Below are positions 38,216 through 46,914 of a stretch of 52,110 bases of DNA, in pieces. Each line of letters opens with the position of its first letter. The first letter of the stretch is position 1. Source of the DNA: Bacteroidales bacterium (GTDB lineage Bacteria > Bacteroidota > Bacteroidia > Bacteroidales > UBA7960); assembly GCA_041686485.1 (NCBI GenBank), contig JAWLDT010000012.1:1-52110 (forward strand), given 5' to 3'. A program made the translations under genes and the position numbers. Below the pieces are notes generated by a model. That model was given only the letters and a program-made list of their open reading frames with translations. It ran no database searches and had not been told where the DNA came from.

Positions 38216-39202
38216 TTAGTTATTTTGTTTGTTTGGGTTATTGCGTTTTTGAGAATTGTCCTGCTCGTAGGCTTCGATGATGCGGCTTACCAGTTCATGC
38301 CTGATAACGTCTTTTTCATTAAGAAAAATAAAATCAATCCCTTTGGTGTTGTTGAGTACGGTGAAAGCTTTAAAAAGCCCTGATTTCTGGTTCCCGGGCA
38401 GGTCAATTTGCGTAATATCGCCGGTGATGATGAACCTGGCTGATTTGCCCATACGTGTGAGAAACATTTTTAGCTGGCTCTCGGTCGCATTCTGAGCTTC
38501 ATCGAGGATGGCAAAAGCGTTGTCGAGGGTTCTTCCGCGCATAAAAGCCAGCGGGGCGATTTCGATGGTACCGTCTTCGAGATAGGTGGCCAGTCTGGCA
38601 GGCGGGATCATGTCCCGAAGGGCATCATACAGTGGACGCAGGTAGGGGTCAAGTTTGTCTTTCAAATCACCGGGCAAGAAGCCAAGATTTTCTCCTGCTT
38701 CTACAGCCGGCCTTACCAATATAATGCGTTTCACCTCTTTGTTTTTCAAAGCCCGCACCGCCAAAGCAACCGCCGTGTAGGTTTTGCCGGTACCGGCCGG
38801 TCCGATCGCAAACAGCATATCATGCTTTTTGAAACTCTCTACCATGCGTTTTTGATTCGGAGAACGGGCCTTTATGAGCATACCATTCTTACCGTAAAGC
38901 AACAGCTCTTCACCTCCTTTGCTTTCAGACTTGATACCGGTATCATGACTTTCACTGGCCATGATCTCCAGGATATTTTCTTCCGTGAGCTTCCCGAAAC
39001 GTTCGAAATGGTCCATCATTTCTTGCAATTTATGCTCGAAAAATGCAACCTCCTGTTCTTCTCCTATGGCTTTGATCTCATTGCCCCTGGCAATCAGCTT
39101 GAGTTTTGGAAAAATGTTTTTCAGCAGTTGCAGTTTCTCTTCCCGCAGACCAAGAATATCGGGAGGGTGTATGCCTTCAATTTTGATTGTTTTTTCACCC
39201 AT
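38216..39202 (-). CDS. phoH: PhoH-family ATPase
   Basis: GPAGTGKTY Walker A, ILDEAQN Walker B, FLTRMG and ITGDITQIDLP motifs. ATG at 39202 (MGEKTIK...) is an alternative to 39226. Confidence 0.9.
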   Translation of the reverse strand: MGEKTIKIEGIHPPDILGLREEKLQLLKNIFPKLKLIARGNEIKAIGEEQEVAFFEHKLQEMMDHFERFGKLTEENILEIMASESHDTGIKSESKGGEELLLYGKNGMLIKARSPNQKRMVESFKKHDMLFAIGPAGTGKTYTAVALAVRALKNKEVKRIILVRPAVEAGENLGFLPGDLKDKLDPYLRPLYDALRDMIPPARLATYLEDGTIEIAPLAFMRGRTLDNAFAILDEAQNATESQLKMFLTRMGKSARFIITGDITQIDLPGNQKSGLFKAFTVLNNTKGIDFIFLNEKDVIRHELVSRIIEAYEQDNSQKRNNPNKQNN

Positions 39203-39303
39203 GAAATGATTACTTTTGACATGCAAAATAACAATATTTTTATCAAATAACAGGGAAGTGCCATCCGATTTTACCGTGGCTGGTGCTTTCAGGGGAACTG
39301 GAT

Positions 39304-40095
39304 ATGCCGATTATCACGCTTACAAGTGACTGGGGTACCGGTAATCACTACGCCGGAGCCGTTAAAGGGGCTTTGTTAAAAGCGCTCCCTGACGCAACCA
39401 TAGTCGATATAACACATGATATCAGCTGCTTCGATATCATGACGGCATCTTTTGTGTTAAAAAATGCATATCCGAATTTTCCGGCGGGCACCATTCATCT
39501 GATCGGCATTAACTCGGAAGCAGGTATCAATACCCCCCATATTGCTGTTCAATACAAAGACCAGTATTTTATCGGAGCCGATAACGGTGTTTTTTCTCTC
39601 CTGTTTGATGAAGCCCCCGCAGAGTCTGTAGAGCTGGATATTATACAAGATACCGATTATTTTACGTTCTCTACACGTGATGTCTTCGTAAAAGCGGCAG
39701 CCATGATCGGATCAGGACAACCCCTGCAGGAAACAGGTCATTCCCATACCGGCCTCAATGAACGCTTCCCGTTTAATCCGGTTGTGTATCCGGACAGGAT
39801 TGTCGGCAAAGTGATTTTTATCGATCATTATGAGAATGTGTTTATTAACATTGATCAGCCTTTGTTTAAAGAAGTTGGCAGGGGGCGTGATTTCCTGATC
39901 AGTTTTCGGTCACCTGGCGAGGGCATTGAACAGATCCATCAGTCTTATTCTGATGTGGTTCCGGGTGAACGACTTGCCCTGTTCGGCGCTACCGGCTTCC
40001 TGGAGATTGCCATCAATCAGGGGAAAGCCGCTTCGCTTTTGGGAATGCATATGAATGACTCTGTTTCCGTTGATTTTTCACCTGAAAAGGGATAA
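39304..40095 (+). CDS. SAM hydrolase / SAM-dependent halogenase family protein (DUF62)
   Basis: MPIITLTSDWG N-terminus and GTIHLIGINSE are typical of S-adenosyl-L-methionine hydroxide adenosyltransferases. ATG at 39304 is preferred to the GTG at 39283. Confidence 0.8.
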   Translation: MPIITLTSDWGTGNHYAGAVKGALLKALPDATIVDITHDISCFDIMTASFVLKNAYPNFPAGTIHLIGINSEAGINTPHIAVQYKDQYFIGADNGVFSLLFDEAPAESVELDIIQDTDYFTFSTRDVFVKAAAMIGSGQPLQETGHSHTGLNERFPFNPVVYPDRIVGKVIFIDHYENVFINIDQPLFKEVGRGRDFLISFRSPGEGIEQIHQSYSDVVPGERLALFGATGFLEIAINQGKAASLLGMHMNDSVSVDFSPEKG

Positions 40096-40097
40096 CT

Positions 40098-42497
40098 ATG
40101 TGGGCATTGCTGAAACGAGAGCTGAATGGTTTTTTCAACAGCCTGATCGCCTATGTTGTCATGGCTGTCTTTCTGATCATCATCAGCCTTTTTTTATGGG
40201 TCTTCCCGGCCGGATATAATATCCCTGATTCAGGATATGCCAATCTGGACGGCCTGTTCGTTCTTACCCCTTTCGTTTTCCTGTTTCTGATCCCTGCCAT
40301 TACCATGCGTCTTTTTTCGGATGAATTGCGTACAGGTACCATTGAAATGCTAATGACCAAGCCTGTGAGCTACTTGCAGGTACTGCTCTCCAAATACCTG
40401 GCAGGAGTGGCTTTGATGGTTGTTTCGGTACTACCTACATTGATTTATCTGTTGACGGTCCATTTGTATGCAGCACCTCCCGGTGTGGATATGGGCAGCG
40501 TATGGGGCTCATATCTCGGCCTCTTGCTGCTGGGAATGGTGTTTGTGGCGGTTGGGCTGTTTGCATCTTCCCTGACCGAGAACCAGGTACTTGCCTTTAT
40601 CATTGCCCTGTTTTTGAACGGCTTCCTGTATATGGGGTTTGAGATGATTCACGGCCTGGATCTCTTTGGCCAAATGGACCTGTTTGTCAGAAAACTGGGG
40701 CTAAATGCCCATTATACCTCTATCAGCCGCGGGGTTGTCGACAGCCGGGATTTGATCTATTTTGCCGGTGTGATCGTCTTGTTCCTGGCCTTTACCCGTG
40801 AACGTACCGGACGGATTACCGGCAGGAGGCCGGCAAAAATGCGTTTTCTGTCGGTAGTGGTTCTGGTGATCGCCGCCAATATCATGGGGCAGGTCGGTTT
40901 TGCCCGGTGGGACCTTACCAGTGAAAAACGTTATACCCTGACCGATACCACCCGTGAGATGCTCCGCGAGCTGGATGATATCGTCTATTTCCGGGTTTAT
41001 CTCGATGGTGACCTTCCCACCGAATTCAGACGCCTTCGTAACGATACCCGCGAAATGCTGGATGAGTTCCGTGCCTATTCCGACCTTATACAGTTTGAAT
41101 TTGTGAGTCCGGCCGATGAAGCCGGCGATGACCCCGGGCAGTTAAAGGACCTTTACCGCCGGTTACAGGAGAAGGGACTTGAACCTGCCCAGTTGCAGAT
41201 GCGTGCCGGCGAAGGCACATCACAGCGTGTTGTTTTTCCGGGCGCCCTGGTGTCCTGCAAAGGCGACGAGGCCGCCGTACAGGTTTTTCATGATTTTATG
41301 GGGGCATCCATAGATGAAGCCATTCGCCACTCTTCCGTAGACCTTGAATACCAGCTGGCAGCCACCATCCGCAAGCTTACAGCCGGAGAAAAGAAACGGA
41401 TTGCGTTTCTGGAAGGACACGGAGAACTCCCTCCGGAAGAAACAGCTTCCTTTTCGGAAATGCTTGAAGATTTTTATGATGTAGAAAGGGTGAACACGAT
41501 AGCGGATTTTGGGAAACTAAAGGACTTTTCCGCCCTGATCTCTGCCAGACCCCTCGAGCCTTTCTCCGAAAAAGAGAAGTATGTACTGGATCAGTACCTG
41601 ATGCATGGTGGCTCCATGTTGTGGATGGTAGATCCGGTTTTTGCCGATATGGACAGCCTTCGTCAGGCCCCGCAAACACTTGGTATGGTCAGGGATATCA
41701 ATATGGAAGACTTTTACTTTCGCTATGGTGCCCGCCTGAATCCGGTCCTGCTAAAGGATTTAAATGCCGCCCCTTTGCCGGTGACCACAGGCTATGCCGG
41801 AGGAAGGCCGCAGATCAACCTGCTGCCCTGGCATTTTTATCCCATCATAACACCCACACAGGACCATGAGATCGTGCAAAACCTGAATGTGATCCGTACC
41901 GGGTTTGTCAGTAGTATCGATACCGTTGAAACACCCGGCGTGGATAAACATGTTCTGCTGGAGACATCACCCTATACACGTATTATGCCTGTGCCTGTAC
42001 ATATCAGTTTGGATATTCTGCAGCAGCCGGTGGATGAATCTCAATACCGGGATGGTTCACAGCCTGTAGCCATGTTGTTTGAAGGGAAGTTTCCTTCATT
42101 GTTCAGAAATCGCTTCGCCCCGGATGTGGAACCGGCTGATAGGTTTGAACGTCGCGATAACAGTAGCCATGCTTCCATGATTGTGGTGACTGATGGCAGG
42201 ATAGCTGCCAATCAGTTCAGCAGCGACGGACGGCCTTTGCCAACAGGGTACGACAGGTATTCAGGCGAATCCTTCGCCAATGACGATTTTTTGATGAATG
42301 CTGTCAACTACCTTACCGGTGATGCCGGATTTATTGAAGCCAGAGCCAGAAACATACGCCTTCGCCGCCTTGATCGTACGAAGATCCAGGATGATCTGCT
42401 GGCTGTCCAGGTGGTTAACACCGTTTTACCTGTCCTGCTGGTGTTTTTGTTTGGAACCTTCAGGCTGCTTTGGCGTAAAAGAAAGTATAACCGATAG
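40098..42497 (+). CDS. gldF/gldG: GldF-GldG fusion (gliding-motility-type ABC-2 permease fused to the GldG accessory domain)
   Basis: Residues 1 to about 240 match GldF (FNSLIAYVVMAVFL..., NAHYTSISRGVVDSRDLIYF). The rest matches GldG (RWDLTSEKRYTLTD..., C-terminal TM anchor). Single uninterrupted 799-aa ORF. Confidence 0.8.
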   Translation: MWALLKRELNGFFNSLIAYVVMAVFLIIISLFLWVFPAGYNIPDSGYANLDGLFVLTPFVFLFLIPAITMRLFSDELRTGTIEMLMTKPVSYLQVLLSKYLAGVALMVVSVLPTLIYLLTVHLYAAPPGVDMGSVWGSYLGLLLLGMVFVAVGLFASSLTENQVLAFIIALFLNGFLYMGFEMIHGLDLFGQMDLFVRKLGLNAHYTSISRGVVDSRDLIYFAGVIVLFLAFTRERTGRITGRRPAKMRFLSVVVLVIAANIMGQVGFARWDLTSEKRYTLTDTTREMLRELDDIVYFRVYLDGDLPTEFRRLRNDTREMLDEFRAYSDLIQFEFVSPADEAGDDPGQLKDLYRRLQEKGLEPAQLQMRAGEGTSQRVVFPGALVSCKGDEAAVQVFHDFMGASIDEAIRHSSVDLEYQLAATIRKLTAGEKKRIAFLEGHGELPPEETASFSEMLEDFYDVERVNTIADFGKLKDFSALISARPLEPFSEKEKYVLDQYLMHGGSMLWMVDPVFADMDSLRQAPQTLGMVRDINMEDFYFRYGARLNPVLLKDLNAAPLPVTTGYAGGRPQINLLPWHFYPIITPTQDHEIVQNLNVIRTGFVSSIDTVETPGVDKHVLLETSPYTRIMPVPVHISLDILQQPVDESQYRDGSQPVAMLFEGKFPSLFRNRFAPDVEPADRFERRDNSSHASMIVVTDGRIAANQFSSDGRPLPTGYDRYSGESFANDDFLMNAVNYLTGDAGFIEARARNIRLRRLDRTKIQDDLLAVQVVNTVLPVLLVFLFGTFRLLWRKRKYNR

Positions 42498-42506
42498 TAC
42501 AGATAT

Positions 42507-43571
42507 ATGCCAAAACAACATGCCTGGTATCTGTTTTTATTTGCCCTCGCGGTATTCGTATTTGCCCTGTTTCTGTTTTTGGCAGATACTCCCGGAAAGG
42601 GTTTGGAACAGCATGATTTTTATATAGATAGCGAAAAGGAGCTGGTGGCGGTTCATATCCAGGGGCCTGTCAGTGAAAAAATCGTACTCGAAAAAGCCGA
42701 AGACGGAGAATGGCTGCTGAACAGCGAGGCAAAAGCCAATCAGGCAGCTGTCAGGGACTTGCTGTCTGTGTTGAGAAACATGGATACCCGGCGTTCGGTC
42801 GCGATGGAGCAACGGGAGATGGTGAATGAAAATCTTGACCAAAAGGGAGTACTTGTGGAGGTTTTTGCCCGCGGACACTGGATAAGTCTCTCCGGCAATA
42901 TCCGATGGTTTCCGCGGAAGACGCTGGTGAAGGCATTTTATGTCGGGGAAGATCATGCAGATGGAGAAGCTACCCACATGCGGCTGATCAATTCGGAAAC
43001 ACCTTTTGAAGTATATGTGCCTGACCGGAAACAGGAGCTTAGTAAGGTGTTTGCGGCTGAAAAACACCTTTGGAAAGATCGTTCTGTGGTCAATTTTGCC
43101 CCGGGCGAGCTGAAAGAGGCTTGCGTGACGCATAAGGACCGCCCGGGAGAATCATACCAAATAGCTTTTGAAGAAAATCGGCCTGCACAGCTATTTGACA
43201 GCCATGGCCATGAAATCGACAGTATCCGCATCAGGCAGGAACGCATTCAACGTTATCAAAATGCTTTTCCATATTTGTATTATGAACGCCTGTTGCCTGG
43301 CTCTGCTTCCTCCCCGCCTGATGACATATATTCAGAGGGGACTTTTTTGGATAAAAGGCTGGAGCAGGAATCCGGCGAGGTAACCCGAATGCGCTTTTAC
43401 AGGCGCTATCCACCGGATGACGGCACCCTTGTCCCGGAAGAATGGGACTATGACCCTAATCGCTTTTACCTGCGCATCAATAGCGGCGACTATGCCATTG
43501 TAACATATCATGCGTTTCAGCATGTTTTGAAGCCGCTCTCGTGGTTTGTCAAAGAAGACCCCGTAAACTGA
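42507..43571 (+). CDS. hypothetical membrane-anchored protein (DUF4340-like by position after gldG)
   Basis: 354 aa with an N-terminal TM helix, 9 nt after the gldFG stop. No motif recognised; family guess is positional. Confidence 0.45.
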   Translation: MPKQHAWYLFLFALAVFVFALFLFLADTPGKGLEQHDFYIDSEKELVAVHIQGPVSEKIVLEKAEDGEWLLNSEAKANQAAVRDLLSVLRNMDTRRSVAMEQREMVNENLDQKGVLVEVFARGHWISLSGNIRWFPRKTLVKAFYVGEDHADGEATHMRLINSETPFEVYVPDRKQELSKVFAAEKHLWKDRSVVNFAPGELKEACVTHKDRPGESYQIAFEENRPAQLFDSHGHEIDSIRIRQERIQRYQNAFPYLYYERLLPGSASSPPDDIYSEGTFLDKRLEQESGEVTRMRFYRRYPPDDGTLVPEEWDYDPNRFYLRINSGDYAIVTYHAFQHVLKPLSWFVKEDPVN

Positions 43572-43662
43572 CCGGAGGCAGATTGTATCCTTCTCTGTTT
43601 ACAAAGGCTCTCAGGTAAGAAAATTAATTTCAGATTATAGACGATCATTTTTAATAAAACGC

Positions 43663-43670
43663 TATATTTG
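43663..43670 (+). promoter_or_regulatory. Bacteroidota -7 box-like TATATTTG upstream of dnaN
   Basis: Matches TAnnTTTG 27 nt before the ATG at 43697. Confidence 0.35.
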
Positions 43671-43696
43671 CTGATCATATCTAAATCAGAAGACGT

Positions 43697-44821
43697 ATGA
43701 AGTTTATTGTATCCAGTTCATTGCTCCTGAAGCAACTGCAAGCGATTGGCGGTGTGCTTAGCACCAATAATACGTTGCCCATTCTGGACAACTTTCTGTT
43801 TGAGCTGTCTGACTCAGAAATCAAGATATCGGCCTCTGACCTGGAGACGACCATGACCACCCGCATACAGGTTGATATGTCTGAAGGGGAGGGGAGTGTT
43901 GCCATCCCGGCCAGGCTATTGCTTGATACCCTGAAGACCCTGTCGGATGTCCCGGTAACTTTTGATATTGATCCCGGAAACTTTGGTGTAACCCTTATGG
44001 CCGGTGAGGGGAAATACCGTCTGGCCGGGCAGAATGGTGAAGAATATCCACAGGTGCCACCCATTGAGGAGGCTACCTCTATCTCCATTGAGTCAGAGGC
44101 GCTGTATCAGGCCATTTCCAAAACCATCTTTGCGGCCAGTAACGATGATCTTCGTCCGGTCATGGCAGGCGTATATTGCCAGCTGTCGGATGAAGGCACC
44201 ATCTTCGTTGCCACCGATGCCCACAAATTGGTACGCTATACGCGGCATGATGTAAAATCAGAGGAAACCGCGAGCTTTATCCTTCCTAAAAAACCGCTTA
44301 ATCAACTGCGCAATATCCTTGCACAGGATGATGTGCCCGTGCAAATTGAATATAGTGCAACCAACGCGCGTTTCACGTTTAAAAATTTTATCATGACCTG
44401 CCGGCTGATCGAAGGCAAGTATCCGAATTATTCGGCAGTGATCCCAGATAGCAATCCCAATAAGATGACCGTGGACAGGCTTCCGTTCCTGAACGCCATC
44501 AAGCGGGTTTCGCTATTTTCCAACCAGTCAACATACCAGGTTAAATTTAAGATTGTCGGCAGTGAGCTTACCCTGACCGCCGAAGACCTTGATTACAGCA
44601 ATGAGGCGCGCGAAAGGCTTACCTGCCATTATGAAGGTTCAGATCTTGAAATTGGGTTCAACAGCAAGTTTATGGTAGAGATGCTTAACAACCTGGAAAG
44701 CGATCAGGTTATGCTGGAGATGTCCGAACCAAACCGTGCAGGCCTCATTACCCCCATCGATGAAGGGAACGAAAATGAGGATATCCTGATGCTTGTTATG
44801 CCGGTGATGTTAAGCACATAA
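43697..44821 (+). CDS. dnaN: DNA polymerase III beta sliding clamp
   Basis: 374 aa. MKFIVSSSLLLKQLQAIGGVL start, three-domain length and MPVML C-terminal motif. Confidence 0.9.
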   Translation: MKFIVSSSLLLKQLQAIGGVLSTNNTLPILDNFLFELSDSEIKISASDLETTMTTRIQVDMSEGEGSVAIPARLLLDTLKTLSDVPVTFDIDPGNFGVTLMAGEGKYRLAGQNGEEYPQVPPIEEATSISIESEALYQAISKTIFAASNDDLRPVMAGVYCQLSDEGTIFVATDAHKLVRYTRHDVKSEETASFILPKKPLNQLRNILAQDDVPVQIEYSATNARFTFKNFIMTCRLIEGKYPNYSAVIPDSNPNKMTVDRLPFLNAIKRVSLFSNQSTYQVKFKIVGSELTLTAEDLDYSNEARERLTCHYEGSDLEIGFNSKFMVEMLNNLESDQVMLEMSEPNRAGLITPIDEGNENEDILMLVMPVMLST

Positions 44822-44845
44822 CATATTGGGGATATAGCCTCAGGC

Positions 44846-46750
44846 TCAGTTTTCACCAAACTCCGACAGTTCAAGCCAGCGATTCTCTTTCGATTCCAGC
44901 AGTTCTTCCACTTCGCGGAAGCGGGTTGACGCGTCTGTCAAATCTTCGGGTGGAAGTGTGCCTGAGTTCATCTTGTCGAGCAGGGTGGCTTTTTCTTCTT
45001 CCAGACTATTGATCTCCTGCTCCAGGGCTTCAAACTCTCTCTGCTCTTTGTAAGACCGTCTTTTCTTTTCGCCAGACGACCGCTCCTGTTTTTTATGTTT
45101 GGTTGCCTTCTCTTTTTTCGATCCGGCACGCTGTCCAGTGGTAATTTGTTGTTGTTTTATCCGGTAGTCCGTGTAGTTGCCGGGGAAGTCTTTGATGTTG
45201 CCAACATCCCGGAACACAAACAGGTGATCGGAAAGCCTGTCGAGGAAGTACCGGTCGTGGGATACGATGACCAGACAACCGGTATAGCGGAGCAGGAAGT
45301 CCTCCAACAGGTTCAGGGTGTCGATATCCAGGTCATTGGTGGGCTCGTCGAGGATTAAGAAGTTTGGGTTTTTAATCAATACGGTGAGCAGGTAAAGTCT
45401 GCGTTTTTCTCCGCCACTGAGCTTTTCCACCCGGTCGTGGTGCATGTGGTTCGGAAAATTAAAATGACGCAGGAACTGAGACGCGCTCATCCAGTGATCT
45501 TTGGTAAGATGGATACGATCGGCAATATCCGTGATGACTTCTATCACTTTTTTGTGATGTTCAATCGTAATACCATCCTGGTGATAGTAGCCGAATTGCA
45601 CCGTCTGGCCTGTAATAACCTTTCCTTCATCAGGCTTGACAGACCCGGTGATGATATTCAGCAGGGTGCTTTTGCCCGTACCGTTTGGTCCTACGATACC
45701 GACCCGTTCACCCCCCTTGAACACATAGGAAAAATCATTTACCACTGTTTTGTTGTCAAAGGTTTTGTGGACATGCCTGAGCTCCAGAATCTTTTTGCCG
45801 AGCCTGGCCGGGTCCATCTGGATATCGCCCATCCGGGATTCTTCCTGTGTCCTGGCTTCTTCCTGCAGGTCGTTGTAGGCCTGTTTTCGTGCCTTTGACT
45901 TTGTGGTGCGTGCCGGCGGGCTTCGCCGCATCCATTCCGACTCCTTTTTGAGGAGGTTCATAACCTTTTCGCTCCGGGCGGCTTCGGCCATTTTACGCTC
46001 TGCTTTCTTCTCAAGGAAGTAGGCATAGTTACCATGGTAGCTATGTATGTTTCCATTTTCGATCTCAATGATTTCATTGCAGATGGCATCCAGGAAGTAG
46101 CGATCGTGTGTTACCATCAGCAGGGTGATCTTCTGGCGGTTAAAAAAGGACTCCAGCCATTCGATCATCGAGATATCCAGGTGGTTGGTCGGCTCATCGA
46201 GGATCACAAAATCAGCTTCTTCGATAAGTATTTTGCCCAGTGCCAGGCGTTTGACCTCTCCGCCGGAGAGCGTGCCAACAAGGGCTTTGAGATTCCCGAT
46301 CTTTAGCTTCGTCAGGATCTGCTTCACCCGCTGCTCATAATCCCAGGCCTGAAGGGCATCCATTCGTTCTATCAGATACTGAAGCTGCCGGGCCTTCTCA
46401 GGATCATTGGTATCTTCTTCCTCCTGGATAAATTCTTCATAGGCTCTTATAGCCCTGGTCTGTTCGTTATCAGCAGATAGCAGGGCCTGCGAAACTGTAT
46501 TTTCAGGGTCAAAGGAAGGTTCCTGCGGGAGATAGGATATGCGAAGCCCCGACCGGTAGGTGCAGTATCCATCATCGGGCTCATCACGGCCAGCCAGTAT
46601 ATTCAGGAGGGTCGTTTTGCCGGTGCCATTACGAGCGATCAGGGCCACCTTCTGACCCTGATCGATACTGATTGAGATGTTCTGAAAAAGGACATTCTCA
46701 CCATAAGCCTTGCTGATCCCTTTTGCCTGGATAAAATTTATCGCTTCCAT
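44846..46750 (-). CDS. ABC-F family ATPase (Uup-like, two ABC domains + C-terminal coiled coil)
   Basis: Two Walker A sites (ARNGTGKTT, GPNGTGKST), two LSGGE signatures, no TM segments and a Lys/Glu-rich C-terminal tail. Confidence 0.9.
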   Translation of the reverse strand: MEAINFIQAKGISKAYGENVLFQNISISIDQGQKVALIARNGTGKTTLLNILAGRDEPDDGYCTYRSGLRISYLPQEPSFDPENTVSQALLSADNEQTRAIRAYEEFIQEEEDTNDPEKARQLQYLIERMDALQAWDYEQRVKQILTKLKIGNLKALVGTLSGGEVKRLALGKILIEEADFVILDEPTNHLDISMIEWLESFFNRQKITLLMVTHDRYFLDAICNEIIEIENGNIHSYHGNYAYFLEKKAERKMAEAARSEKVMNLLKKESEWMRRSPPARTTKSKARKQAYNDLQEEARTQEESRMGDIQMDPARLGKKILELRHVHKTFDNKTVVNDFSYVFKGGERVGIVGPNGTGKSTLLNIITGSVKPDEGKVITGQTVQFGYYHQDGITIEHHKKVIEVITDIADRIHLTKDHWMSASQFLRHFNFPNHMHHDRVEKLSGGEKRRLYLLTVLIKNPNFLILDEPTNDLDIDTLNLLEDFLLRYTGCLVIVSHDRYFLDRLSDHLFVFRDVGNIKDFPGNYTDYRIKQQQITTGQRAGSKKEKATKHKKQERSSGEKKRRSYKEQREFEALEQEINSLEEEKATLLDKMNSGTLPPEDLTDASTRFREVEELLESKENRWLELSEFGEN

Positions 46751-46914
46751 GATGGGGGCAAAGGTAGCAAGAATGTTTGATTATCATTGCATGACAGAAC
46801 GAACAGAAGAGCCTTCCTCCTTGTATTCGAAGCCGGATTAAAACCATTCGCCGTCCTACTGAAGCCTGCGCCAGCGTTCTATGTAAACAGGATTTACTTT
46901 CTCCTGATGTGGAA

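Noticed and set aside
42537-43133. 198-aa minus-strand ORF overlapping the DUF4340-like gene
   Set aside because: The plus-strand 354-aa ORF fits the operon context: it starts 9 nt after gldFG and has an N-terminal TM helix. The minus ORF has no motifs and no plausible upstream signals.
43681-44088. 135-aa minus-strand ORF overlapping the dnaN start
   Set aside because: It is antisense to a clear sliding-clamp CDS.
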